Part shown: positions 43,901 through 52,614 of the stretch, piece by piece
Numbering within the stretch: the first letter of the stretch is position 1
How the letters are laid out: each line of letters starts with the position of its first letter
Assembly: GCF_003918875.1 (NCBI RefSeq)
Contig: NW_025765669.1
Coordinates: 3,844,001 to 3,908,000 of the forward strand
Source: Haliotis rubra
Taxonomy: Eukaryota
Direction: 5' to 3'
DNA: 64,000 bases
Notes under the pieces: model-generated
Database searches by the model: none
Told to the model about the DNA's origin: nothing
The model's input: only the letters and a program-made list of their open reading frames with translations
Made by a program: the position numbers and the translations under genes

Positions 43901-46900
43901 AATGCTGGGATGGCATGGTAATAAATGACATCATAATAGCCTCAAACATTCTGATGAATGTCATTGTAGTAATAGGTCCCAAGCAATATCTCTAGCCTCC
44001 AAGCAATATCTCTTGTGGAAGACATTATTGGATGATATAGGTGTTTATCCCACATCAAACTGTTCAACAGCATCTGTACCATTATGTATGTGCACATTCT
44101 GCATCATGTGTGTGGTGAGTTTTCCTGCAGTTCCTTTTCTAATATCAGGGCCTGTGCATGCTTCCTTGGGTCCATTGATCCCATCAGGGAAAATGGTTAC
44201 AATCTATTTTACAGAGAGTATGGATGGCCAGTTGTCTTAGGCACTTTGGCTTTCCATCAGAAGTTATGTCCCTTGAACATGCAAGGATTCAGTTCTCTTA
44301 GTGTCAAATGTCAGATTTTGCCCTAGCTCTGTTTCTAGGTTTGTCAGCCCTGTTTGTACCATGGCAACAGTTTCCGACATTCAGCCTCCCACATCAAGCT
44401 GACATAACCCAACCCACTCACTACAGTTTGATTGCAAAAAACAAACAAAACAAACTAAAACATTTAGGTGTTAATAGATACTTCAGATTTTTCAGGAAAT
44501 ATATTTCTTCTCTGAGGCAAATTAAAGTATGTAATCTGACTATTACAAAGATCTGACAAGTCTATTCGAATCTTAATTGTATGATCACTAGATATATGAT
44601 GCCCCAAGTTATGTTTCTCAGATGCAGGATCAGTTTCAATTATGGATTACTATAACAAAAGACCTGACACGGTGCTTACATATAAACTTTTGTTTCTACT
44701 AATTGTTGCATCGTTCCTGAATATAATGTATTGACATTGGAATGTTTATGCATGATATTGTTTATTAACAAAATTAATTACAAAGTTACAAATTTTCTTG
44801 TTCCAGCGCAACACCAACCTCGATTATCTGGGCATTGTATCTCCATTGCAATGATAAATGACCTGGACTTATTTACCACCATAGCTTCTTTCGGTGTCAG
44901 ATTTGCATGATGCTATAAATAGACATCCAATCAAAATTTCAAGGGGAGACAGCTCTTGTGTTAAGATGGATAGGTGAAACTATGACATCACTTCCAACTT
45001 GAAGCTTTGTTGGTGAATGTGTCCAGGTTATGTATCTTATGGAATTGAGATAAAATACCCTTGATGATTGAGGATGGCTTGCCACTTAGTAAAACACTTC
45101 AGAATGAAGTTGCAGATATATATGTACACAGCTCAAGTGTACACTCTCCCTTGCCAACCTAACTGCTTCAGATCGTGCCCCTCCCGTCTCCCAGCTTATA
45201 ATGTTTAATATTGACCACTAATTATTGTTGTGACTAGTACTGAACTGTTTGTTTCTGGGGAAGGTATACATAATATATAGCGTTACCATCAAACATATAT
45301 TACATCACAATTCAAGCACTTTTATATAGAAATAAAACAACTTTTTAATTGTTTGTGTAATAAAGATCTTTTCTTAATATCAAAAAATGTTGTCAGGTTA
45401 AATCAAGCACTTTTTATATAGAAATAAAACAATGATTTATCATTAATAATATTTCAAACTGACATGTTTAGGTGTATGTAAAAGGATGCAATTTTACAAA
45501 ACTGATGCATCAATTGATTTTGTTGGTATGTATTTTAATATACGGAACAAAATGGTTTTGGGTCTTGAATATTTTGGGGGATACATTTTATTAGATAATG
45601 TGCTCAGTCTTAAGTACAAAAATGCATCTCCCAAAATATATTGATGACCCCTAATAATTTTTGACAGTATATATTGTGAATTCTTGACAATATTTCATTG
45701 ATAACTGTATCAGTTTTGAACAAAATTACCCAAAAGGTTCACTCTACAAGTTGGTTTTGAAAGATGTATGTACAAATATGTCTATGAAACATAAATAATC
45801 ACTTCAGATTTGATGAAGCAGTTGATGAAGTTTTAGGTTTCAGGAACAGAATATAGTGAAATAAAAGATCTGATTAAAGTAAAAAGTGTAGCAATATCTC
45901 CTCCTAGTGTGATCCTCATCAGTGATAAATATTTCTGTCATGATGAAATCACATTGTTTTGTTCTGCGCTGGTTTCAGACTCGCCACTCTTGGTACATCA
46001 GGATGGTGGGTGGTCCGAGTGGACGGAGTGGTCACCATGTGACCAGGACTGTGAGGGAGGTATGCAGTGGCGACGTAGGTCATGTGACAGCCCTCCACCA
46101 ATCGGGCGAGGGAAGGACTGTGATGGGCACGGGAAGGAGGGAAGACAATGCAACACGCATTCTTGTTATGGTGAGGATGTTGACGTAGTTGGAGCAGGGC
46201 ATGGCGTCATCCCACAAATGGCATCATTATCTAAAGTACCATGACATGAGACTTAACACCCTGTCCTTCAGTTAAAAAATAGTAGGTTACAATAAGATTC
46301 ATGTAAAAAGATGTGTTACAATTCAAATGTACAACCTCCAAGCAGGTGTTACTATTCAACTGTAAAACCACCAAGCAGGTGTTACAATTCAAATGTACAA
46401 CCTCCAAGCAGGTGTTACTATTCAACTGTAAAACCACCAAGCAGGTGTTACAATTCAAATGTACAACCTCAAAGCAGGTGTTACTATTCAAATGTACAAC
46501 CTCCAAGCAGATTTTACACAAACAAGATTCATGTGTAAAATATACAGTTTAAATGTCAACCTTGAAGCAATCAGGTTAAACCAGCTTCTGCTTACCAGGC
46601 AAAACACTGTATCCACTAGGCCACAGAGGCAAAGTGGGCTTTGCACTTCAGGCCTTAACTCATGCCAATATCTATCTGAAATACTGTGACCGCCTCTGTA
46701 GTGTAGTGGTTAGAGTGTCCGCCCGGAGAGCGGAAGGTTGCTGGTTCGATCCCTGACTGCGTCATACCAAAAGACGTTAAAATATGGTACTTGTTGGTCC
46801 CTGCCTGGCGCTCGGCATTAATGGGTACAACAAGGACTGGTCGGCTCGGAGTCAGTATAATGTGTCTGAGTGGGGTATTCATGCTTCACTGCGGCATGGT

Positions 46901-49900
46901 ATCTCAGTGGGCTAGCACTATAAAACCAGCTTAAGTCTGGGCTAGTACAAGCAGCCGCACATACACATACACATGCATGCAGGTCGTCATATGAGCGAAA
47001 TAATCTCAAGCACGACGTAAAACCCAATTTCACCTCACCTCACCTGAAATACTGTGACATTTAACTCAACCCACTCACTCATGCAATGTGTGATTGTTCA
47101 CCAGGTGAGTGGTCCTGCTGGTCAAGCTTCGGCCCGTGTTCAGTGACCTGTGGTACTGGGATCAAGGCCCGCAGTAGGACCTGCTTGACCCCAGGCCTGG
47201 ACAGGAAGACCCCGCTCGGATGTGTTGGCAGTACCAGGGATATGCAGACCTGTGAGATGGAGCCTTGTGAAGGTGAGGGAACTCTGGGTAATAACTGCAG
47301 ACGTGTGAGATGGAGACGTGTGAAGGTGAGGGATCTCTGGGTAATAACTGCAGACCTGTGAGATGGAGACGTGTGAAGGTGAGGGATCTCTGGGTAATAA
47401 CTGCAGACCTGTGAGATGGAGCCTTGTGAAGGTGAGGGAACTCTGGGTAATAACTGGAGACCTGTGAGATGGAGCCTTGTGAAGGTGAGGGATCTCTGGG
47501 TAATAACTGCTGACCTGTGAGATGGAGCCTTGTGAAGGTGAGGGATCTCTGGGTAATAACTGCAGACCTGTGAGATAGAGCCTTGTGAAGGTGAGGGAAC
47601 TCTGGGTAATAACTGGAGACCTGTGAGATGGAGCCTTGTGAAGGTGAGGGGATCTCTTGTAATAACTGCTGACCTGTGAGATGGAGCCTTGTGAAGGTGA
47701 GGGATCTCTGGGTCATAACTGGAGACCTGTGAGATAGAGCCTTGTGAAGGTGAGGGAACTCTGGGTAATAACTGGAGACCTGTGAGATGGAGCCTTGTGA
47801 AGGTGAGGGATCTCTGTGTAATAACTGGAGACCTGTGAGATGGAGCCTTGTGAAGGTGAGGGAACTCTGGGTAATAACTGGAGACCTGTGAGATGGAGCC
47901 TTGTGAAGGTGAGGGAACTCTGGGTGGAGACCTTACTGGAGCCTTGTGAACATGATCTCTGGGTAATTACTGGAGCCATGTGAGGGAACTCTGGGTACTT
48001 ACTGGACACATGTTCGAGCGAGGGTATTTGATATGGATGATAATGAGATGGGACTGTGTGACAGTGTGGCGACTCTGGGTAATTATTGGAGATGTGTAAT
48101 GGTGCGGTCCCAGTGCAGACCTTACGCTACTTGACCTTCTCAACCTGAAGGTCAAGTTGGGGGTTCGAGCTGGTCGAGTTTCAGAACGAGTTAGGTCGAG
48201 TCAGATCGAATCAGGTCTACCAAGTTTTTGATAAAATTTTGACAATGTCAAAAAATTTCCCCCAACTTCCTCTTCGACCTTTGGTCCGAGATTGGGTTGA
48301 GAATAGGTCGAGGTAGGTCGAAAAAGGTCCAGCTTAGGTCGACATTAGGTTGAGTTGGTCGAGTTGAAGGTCGAGCTGGCCTGTCATGCCGATCTGTGTT
48401 CGTCTTAGAGCCGATCTGTATACGGCCTCGACTCGACCTTGAGTCAACCAACTGGAACTGGCCTCAACTTGGACTCAACCTGGAGTCGACCGACTCGACC
48501 TGAAATCAACCTTTCTCGACCTCAACTCAACCTAATCGAGTCCGTGCCGACCGCATAAATGGTCGCCATCTTCCCAATTGCTTAATAAAAGCCAAACGTC
48601 AGCCAGTGGTAGCACATCATCTCTACACCAACCTGCTGCCACCCAGAGATCCACCCTGAGCACACCACCCTCTTCAACACGCCGCAAAGCAGCGGAACAG
48701 GCTGGTATCTTCCCCAGCTTTGACTTCAGTGCTGCAGCAGGTATATCTCTGAACCTGCCAAGATTTAAAAGCGTCTCTTGGACCCTACACACACCTCAGA
48801 GGATCAGTCACATGTTCAGGACTCTCAGCAAGGACAGTGAAACTGAGAAGTAGAACTTGATACTCATATATTGTCATGAGCACTTTATACTGATGTGAAA
48901 TGTTACCTTCAGATTATTTAAATGAGTTTCCAATAAAAGATTTAAAAGCTTTTTTTCATCTGATATTTTTTTGAATTTTCCATCCATCGCTAAGTTTAAA
49001 AGTAAATACATCTTGTACAATTGTAATAGAGTTTGTTTTGTTTACCATGTATATAGTTTTCATTTTTTTTTTCCCCCGGATTTACCAATTGTAAATAGTG
49101 TAAATAAAAAACAAACAAGAGTTCCTTTGTAAATGAAGTAGTCCTAAATAATAGAGTACACTTTAAAGTCATTTGGATATCATCTCCTCTTGCCAATGAA
49201 CAGCTCCTGGGCCCATAAAATGGTTTCTTTGGTTGGCGCCATCTAGAGGGGTAACGTTCCTCGCACCCCGGTTATCCCCATCAAGCAGCTGTGTGCAGGA
49301 GCGCCACTCGCCTGGGGTGAGTGAACAGTCCTCATTCTCCTGGTCTTTGAGGTTCATCTGACTGTTCCGGTTCCTCGTTCTCAGCATGTTGTGTAAAGTG
49401 ACGCAGGCCAGGGTTATCTGTTCAGCTCTGTCTGGAGTGCTATTTAGGGAGCCGAGGAGGATCTAGAACCTCATAGCCACAATCCCGAAGGTATTCTCGA
49501 CCACTCATCTGGCCCGAGACAGTCTGCAAAAGTCACAAATTAAACATTTTTAAGTCAAATGCATTAAAAATTCAAAACCTTTGATATTATATTGTATACA
49601 CTGAAAGATACTAAGTTATAATTTGATTTAGGTATTTATGGAAAAGAATAATTACCTGCAGTTGAAGATCTTCTGATGGGGTCTATCTGACGCATGGAAA
49701 AGGACTTCATTCAGGGGCGGAGTGGAAAGGCATCGTCGCCGATGAAGTATGGCACACCATATGGGGAATACAAGATTATTGCCCTTCATCCGATCTTGTG
49801 AATGGTTGAAGACCATCAGCGTCTGATGCTGATCCCTTGGCCCCGACGTTCACCCACGGGAACTTGTAGTCGGCATCCGCGAGTGCCAGCAAGACAATAG

Positions 49901-52614
49901 AGAAGAAGTTCTTTTAGTAGTAGAAGAGGGACCCGCTTTTGGGAGGCTTCTTGATGCGTATGTGCTTACCTTACCGTCAAACGCACCGGTGCAATATGGA
50001 ATTTGCCACCTATCCTTGAAAGCACGGGCTACAGTATTCCATCTGCTCTGATCCCACTCATCTGACCGATACTCAGCTTTGAAGGCGTCAAGGATGGGAT
50101 TGGTTTGCTTACGACTGAGGCTTTGGCTTTGGAGGAGAGTTGGCATTATCCAGGTCTTCCACTAGTTCAAGCAGGTGCCAGGCTATCTGCACCCAAATGG
50201 TAAGCAGTTTTCGCTTCTCGGGGCTCACCAGGTTTACGTCAAGGTTCCTGATGGTGATGTTACTACTTTGCAGACCTCTAATTGAATGGGTACCTGGTGA
50301 ACATGCACCCTGTAACATATACAATTTGGAAACCAAGGATCTACTCGGCAGAAAAATGGAATTTCCGTCAAGAACCAGTCTCTCCAGTTGAACACAGGTC
50401 GCGTAGAGGTCGGGCCGGTCGACTTAGTACGAATTAATTCGAAATTAGGTTGATATACAGGTCTAGCTGGTCAAGTATAGGTCTTCTCAACTTGGCCGAC
50501 CTGAGTCGAGATAGGTCGACTGAAGTCGAACTAAGGTCGTAAAGGTCCTTACGAGGTCGTTATGAGGTCGTTGTGAGGTCGAGATATCCCCCAGGTCGAG
50601 ACAGGTCGAGTAGTTTGCGAGGTTGAGTCGGTCGAGCTCCTGAGGTCGCCACTGGGACCACACCATTAGACTGAACCATATGAAAATGAGCATGATTGTA
50701 ACTTGTGGCTGTGTGGGAGATGTTGAAAAAGAATGTTTCAATTGGAACTGTGTGTAGGTAGTGAGGGATTTGGGTTTGAGCCAATCGTGATGTGAAGCTA
50801 CCACCTACAATCTAACTCACCCAGTATATCCTTGCGTCATGGCCTGAATGATTTTGCAGATACACAACCCATGGTAGGAGACTGGTCAGCCTGGACTGAG
50901 TGTTCTCCCAACAGCGTCCAGTACCGGCACCGCATCTGTGATCAGGACCAGCTGGGTCTAGACTGCAGCCAAGATGTCATACAGCTCCAGCACTGTACAT
51001 ACAAGATACATGGTTAGTGGTCAGCATATATCATGATGAGATGATTACCAAACTGAATGGCACTGGGGTAGCCTAGTGGCTAAAGCGGTCACTCGTTACA
51101 CCAAAAACCCAGGTTCAATCCCCCACATGGGTACAATGTGTGAAGCCAACTTATGGTGTCCTCTGCAGTGGTATTCCTGAAACATTGCTTAAAACAACTT
51201 AAAACTATACTCACTCACTCACTCATCCTGAAATGAAGAGACTAAACCAGAAATCAGTTCACACAGAGCTAATTGTGAAAAAAATACACGACCATAGAAT
51301 ATCAGTGGATTTACATTCAAATAGGCAATACAATAGGTCAAATATGTGGTAAGTCTTCAGTCCAGTATAGGGGCGGTGGGGTAGCCTAGTGGTTAAAGCG
51401 TTTGCTTGTCACGCCGAAAACCTGGGTTCGAATCCCCACATGGGTACAATGTGTGAAGCCCATTTCTGGTGTCCCTGCCGTGATATTGCTGGAATATTGC
51501 TAAAAGCGGCTTACTCACTCACTCACTCACTCACTCACAGTCCAGTATAGTGTGGGAAGCCTGCAAGACTTCAGTGTTTCTAAATAGGTTTTCAAACCTG
51601 ACTTTCCAAATAGATTATTTAACCAGGCACAAAAAGGCCTTGAATTGCTATCTTGTCCCTGTTACATACACTTTGTCTCTGAACATACATAATTTTTATA
51701 ATAGAAAAAATTCCATCTAAATTATAATGGAACCACATTGAGACGGGAGATTCAGAGGAAATCTGGACTTGGTTCTAATGTGGTTCAGTGACTGTGAGAC
51801 AGACTAACAGCTACCCTTCTAGGAAGCATAACGTCTTAAACAATCAAGCCTGTTCTGGTCATGTAACAAGGGCAGATAACTCTAATCATCTAAACTTAGC
51901 AAAAGAACCTTGTATAAATCTCCACTCCACCTGTTTACTTCAGTTCAAATCCTGCCATAAAAGCAATTGATAATTTTTACTATTTCAATCATTTGCTGCC
52001 ACAGACAATTAATGCAAGTATATTAGAGTAAACTACTTACATATATAACAACATTGATTATAGGAAACATACATTGTATATATTCTATTGGAATCCAGAA
52101 ACTGTACTTATATTTTGTACCTTAAAGACAGTATTCCCCATATGAGAAGATCAATTTTAATTTTTAAAGATGCCTCCTGATTAAATTTATAACATTTTTT
52201 TATGTTCCAGTGATGGAGGCAAGTGTCGGTGCTAGTGTTGCCGCCAACAAAAACTACTCTCGACGAGTGGGTGGGGTATACCTTGTTATTGTTGCAATCA
52301 TTGCATTTGTCATCGGCGGCCTGGCATCAGTGGGACTCTTCATGTACATCCAGAGGTACCGGGACCAGAAACATAAGGATGAGGCGGAAGTATGCTGGGT
52401 CTCCAAGAACGAGATAAACATGAAACCAGTAAACACTGCAGAATCCTCACAAATTAGTCTGGATTTCCAGAACTTGGCGCCATTGATGTCACCTAATAAT
52501 CGGTTAAGTCTGAATACTTTTGGGTCCTTGAAAAAGGAGAAGATGACTGTAAATGAGGCAAGCACACTGAAACGGAATTCCATGTGGACCAACTTGTCTG
52601 TGAATGAATTATAG
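13863..52614 (+). CDS. Sema5: Semaphorin-5 (SEMA5A/5B, Sema-5c class) multi-exon gene; 19 exons visible, 5' signal-peptide exon(s) not identified
   Basis: Hand-spliced exons give QLLVGAR...CHNFVRVLL...CGTNAYKPEC...CPYNP...SKWLNEPNFI...FFFRETAVE...SRVARVCK...[15 protein letters not shown] (Sema), DPYCGW (PSI), 7 TSP1 repeats, TM and tail. All junctions are GT-AG with matching phases, except one +1 frameshift at 16960-16961. Confidence 0.95.
14065..14295 (+). mobile_element. SINE-like family B
   Basis: gacccgtgaagatccgggttagaattgg...(CAAC)n. Confidence 0.85.
14541..14781. mobile_element. MITE with CAG...CTG termini and 5-bp TSD AGATG (hAT5-like)
   Basis: TIR CAGGGGTGGAAATAAC / GTTATTTCCACCCCTG; agatg on both sides. 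Confidence 0.8.
15230..16942 (+). repeat. 96-bp minisatellite, about 18 units; unit = last ~55 nt of intron + first ~41 nt of exon 16902
   Basis: ttccag ends at 15277, 15373, 15469, 15565, 15661, 15757, 15853, (deleted unit), 16028, 16123, 16219, 16315, 16423, 16518, 16614, 16710, 16805, 16901. Confidence 0.97.
16902..17110 (+). CDS. Sema5: Sema5 exon: GCLFQLALQDLEILHMAEW(S)PDNLTRDVCIAKGQPHQYCHNFVRVLLLHKDKVFTCGTNAYKPECTWRN, with one extra base near 16960
   Basis: Final ttccag of the 96-bp array; donor aac|gtgagt; conserved CxNxxRVL and CGTNA motifs; 209 nt where 208 keeps frame. Confidence 0.88.
17507..17860 (-). mobile_element. tRNA-headed SINE family C (V-domain-like)
   Basis: A/B boxes; gtcataccaaa...ccctgcctggcgctcggcatta core; (CACCT)n tail; TSD aacacagcaagg. 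Confidence 0.88.
18047..18260 (+). CDS. Sema5: Sema5 exon: ASHLTEVEKTINGQAKCPYNP...RDPVISR...NSKWLN
   Basis: tttcag / G|gtgaga; ORF 18065-18322 overlaps; Sema motifs. Confidence 0.93.
18438..18603 (+). mobile_element. SINE family A
   Basis: Full length; 13-bp TSD tatatgtgcctca. Confidence 0.93.
20445..20614 (+). mobile_element. SINE family A
   Basis: Full length; TSD ttggttttgg. Confidence 0.9.
21684..21945. repeat. 65-66 bp minisatellite x4 (ABAB)
   Basis: taataggtcaaatatt(g/t)tatcaagg... at 21684, 21749, 21815, 21880. Confidence 0.95.
23860..24215 (+). mobile_element. SINE family D with 5S-rRNA-like internal promoter (related body at ~6850-7145)
   Basis: gaagttaagca...ttggatgggtgacc resembles 5S box A / box C; downstream cacccagcagaaaatgggtacc CORE-like segment. 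Confidence 0.55.
24995..25380. repeat. Degenerate ~47-50 bp minisatellite, about 8 units
   Basis: Recurrent gaatctgtggaaagtcaaggtca...gaaggaaagca. Confidence 0.8.
26385..26473 (+). CDS. Sema5: Sema5 exon: EPNFIASYEIGEFVYFFFRETAVEFINCGK
   Basis: ttttcag / AAA|gtaagt; YFFFRE motif. Confidence 0.93.
26920..26952 (+). CDS. Sema5: Sema5 33-nt micro-exon: KTYSRVARVCK
   Basis: ttttcag / AAG|gtaaat; SRVARVCK motif; phase 0-0. Confidence 0.9.
27125..27288 (+). mobile_element. SINE family A (young)
   Basis: 15-bp TSD agtcctgggtttgag. Confidence 0.93.
27757..27923 (+). CDS. Sema5: Sema5 exon: [40 protein letters not shown]...IFTTPS
   Basis: tttcag / TC|gtaagt; KARxNCS motif. Confidence 0.95.
28754..28889 (+). 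CDS. Sema5: Sema5 exon: NSLAGSAVCVYNMSAFQTTFIGPFKYQENAKSAWMKHENPTPLER
   Basis: tttcag / AGG|gtaaat; SAVC and GPFKYQEN motifs. Confidence 0.93.
28997..29345 (+). mobile_element. Two head-to-tail SINE family A copies (28997-29163, 29172-29345)
   Basis: gttgtgta duplicated before each head. Confidence 0.9.
29501..29640 (+). CDS. Sema5: Sema5 exon: CPSQGSGSKRSTDTSASKLEAANMYQLMDAAIQPNTISPLYLGENER
   Basis: gtccag / AG|gtaact; LMxxxxQP motif; phases fit neighbours. Confidence 0.88.
30460..30658 (+). CDS. Sema5: Sema5 exon: WTHIVVDFVYGKMDLYEVVFLATADGKIRK...CLIEEIKIVP...ISPES
   Basis: ttacag / TCG|gtaaag; ORF 30311-30721 overlaps. Confidence 0.92.
31287..31363 (+). CDS. Sema5: Sema5 exon: GAIFISTQGRVIKIPVERCSRFTDS (Sema/PSI boundary)
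   Basis: gtccag / GA|gtaagt; KIPxxRC motif. Confidence 0.9.
31556..31735 (+). mobile_element. SINE-like family B, 5' truncated
   Basis: Matches 14065 copy. Confidence 0.82.
31830..32315. mobile_element. SINE A cluster: young minus copy 31964-32131 nested in an older minus copy, then an old plus copy ~32168-32315
   Basis: TSD tctt(c/t)aaacacca around the young copy. Confidence 0.85.
32378..32514 (+). CDS. Sema5: Sema5 PSI exon: LCVNSMDPYCGWDAVNNTCSRAPNGNPHEVMWDQHIVSCPIVQYP
   Basis: tttcag / G|gtatga; DPYCGWD motif. Confidence 0.93.
32917..33732 (+). repeat. 71-bp minisatellite with 12 acceptor-like sites, ending in the real acceptor of exon 33720
   Basis: cag ends at 32939, 33010, 33081, 33151, 33222, 33293, 33364, 33435, 33506, 33577, 33648, 33719. 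Confidence 0.97.
33720..33887 (+). CDS. Sema5: Sema5 TSP1 repeat 1 exon: VNGNWSDWSDWSPC...CLCRHRNCDNPKP...VTNCS
   Basis: ccccag (end of 71-bp array) / G|gtgaga; WSxW motifs. Confidence 0.93.
34166..34344 (-). mobile_element. SINE family A, 5' truncated, joined to a 24-nt piece of family C
   Basis: 13-bp TSD agtgaagtattga encloses both parts. Confidence 0.85.
34571..34744 (+). CDS. Sema5: Sema5 TSP1 repeat 2 exon: VHGAWTPWTPWSSCSKTCG...CSNPTPRHGG...PACK
   Basis: ttttcag / T|gtacgt. Confidence 0.92.
35159..35338 (+). CDS. Sema5: Sema5 TSP1 repeat 3 exon: PPIDGKWSKWSGWSTCTAKCQGGIQTRRRTC...CNTQNCD
   Basis: tgtcag / A|gtaagt. Confidence 0.92.
35612..35845 (-). mobile_element. SINE-like family B
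   Basis: Reverse-complement match to 14065 copy. Confidence 0.85.
35957..36123 (+). mobile_element. SINE family A
   Basis: TSD tctttctcaaag. Confidence 0.92.
36506..36691 (+). CDS. Sema5: Sema5 TSP1 repeat 4 (atypical) exon: KVVKLTPWSPW...QQRFRFTCQA...GCYTP
   Basis: ttgcag / G|gtgagc; resembles the TPWxPW...QRFRxTCxA segment typical of class-5 semaphorins. Confidence 0.92.
37733..37856. mobile_element. Small Tc1/mariner-like MITE (related decayed copy at ~45540-45670)
   Basis: Imperfect TIR tactgaacgaaaaaaa / tttttttgtacagta. Confidence 0.45.
42414..42604 (+). mobile_element. SINE family A
   Basis: TSD aagtatcagg. Confidence 0.85.
45979..46170 (+). CDS. Sema5: Sema5 TSP1 repeat 5 exon: DSPLLVHQDGGWSEWTEWSPC...CNTHSCY
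   Basis: tttcag / G|gtgagg. Confidence 0.92.
46312..46510. repeat. 33-bp minisatellite x6 with alternating variants
   Basis: gtgttacaattcaaatgtacaacctccaagcag / gtgttactattcaactgtaaaaccaccaagcag. Confidence 0.93.
46689..47045 (+). mobile_element. tRNA-headed SINE family C (V-domain-like)
   Basis: Same family as 17507; TSD ctgaaatactgt. Confidence 0.9.
47105..47272 (+). CDS. Sema5: Sema5 TSP1 repeat 6 exon: GEWSCWSSFGPCSVTCGTG...TCEMEPCE
   Basis: caccag / G|gtgagg (first donor of the 53-bp array); CSVTCG motif. Confidence 0.92.
47245..48010 (+). repeat. 53-bp minisatellite, 13 clear units plus a decayed tail; unit = last 28 nt of exon + first 25 nt of intron
   Basis: GAAG|GTGAGG with GT at 47273 and every 53 nt to 47909. 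Confidence 0.97.
48101..50664 (-). mobile_element. Decayed PIF/Harbinger-superfamily DNA transposon
   Basis: TIRs GGTGCGGTCCCAGTG...CACTGGGACCACACC; dense GGTCGA/TCGACC subterminal repeats; minus-strand HARBI1-type DDE transposase remnants. Confidence 0.88.
49200..50330 (-). pseudogene. Harbinger (DDE_Tnp_4 / HARBI1-like) transposase pseudogene with a GT-AG intron at 49524-49655
   Basis: GAFDGKHIRIKKPPKSGSLF, FSIVLLALADADYKF, GDDAFP, FNCRLSRAR*VVENTFG, ACVTLHNML; stops and frameshifts present. Confidence 0.85.
50860..51012 (+). CDS. Sema5: Sema5 TSP1 repeat 7 exon: DTQPMVGDWSAWTEC...QHCTYKIH
   Basis: ttgcag / G|gttagt. Confidence 0.88.
51059..51537 (+). mobile_element. Two SINE A copies (51059-51225, 51371-51537), duplicated at 59700-59866 and 60012-60170
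   Basis: Consensus match; TSD cagtccagtatag around the second. Confidence 0.88.
52211..52614 (+). CDS. Sema5: Sema5 terminal exon: TM helix (VYLVIVAIIAFVIGGLASVGLFMYI) plus cytoplasmic tail ending SVNEL*
   Basis: ttccag acceptor in phase 1; hydrophobic helix followed by QRYR; TAG at 52612-52614. Confidence 0.9.

Noticed and set aside
36700-45900. Possible nested gene or large element in the 9.3-kb intron
   Set aside because: Only short ORFs without motifs and scattered repeat fragments; no termini or exon chain could be supported.
47162-48009. 184-aa and 98-aa minus-strand ORFs
   Set aside because: Translations of the 53-bp array.
48578-48853. 91-aa Ser/Thr-rich ORF as Harbinger Myb/SANT ORF2
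   Set aside because: Position is plausible but no recognisable Trp-spaced Myb motif.
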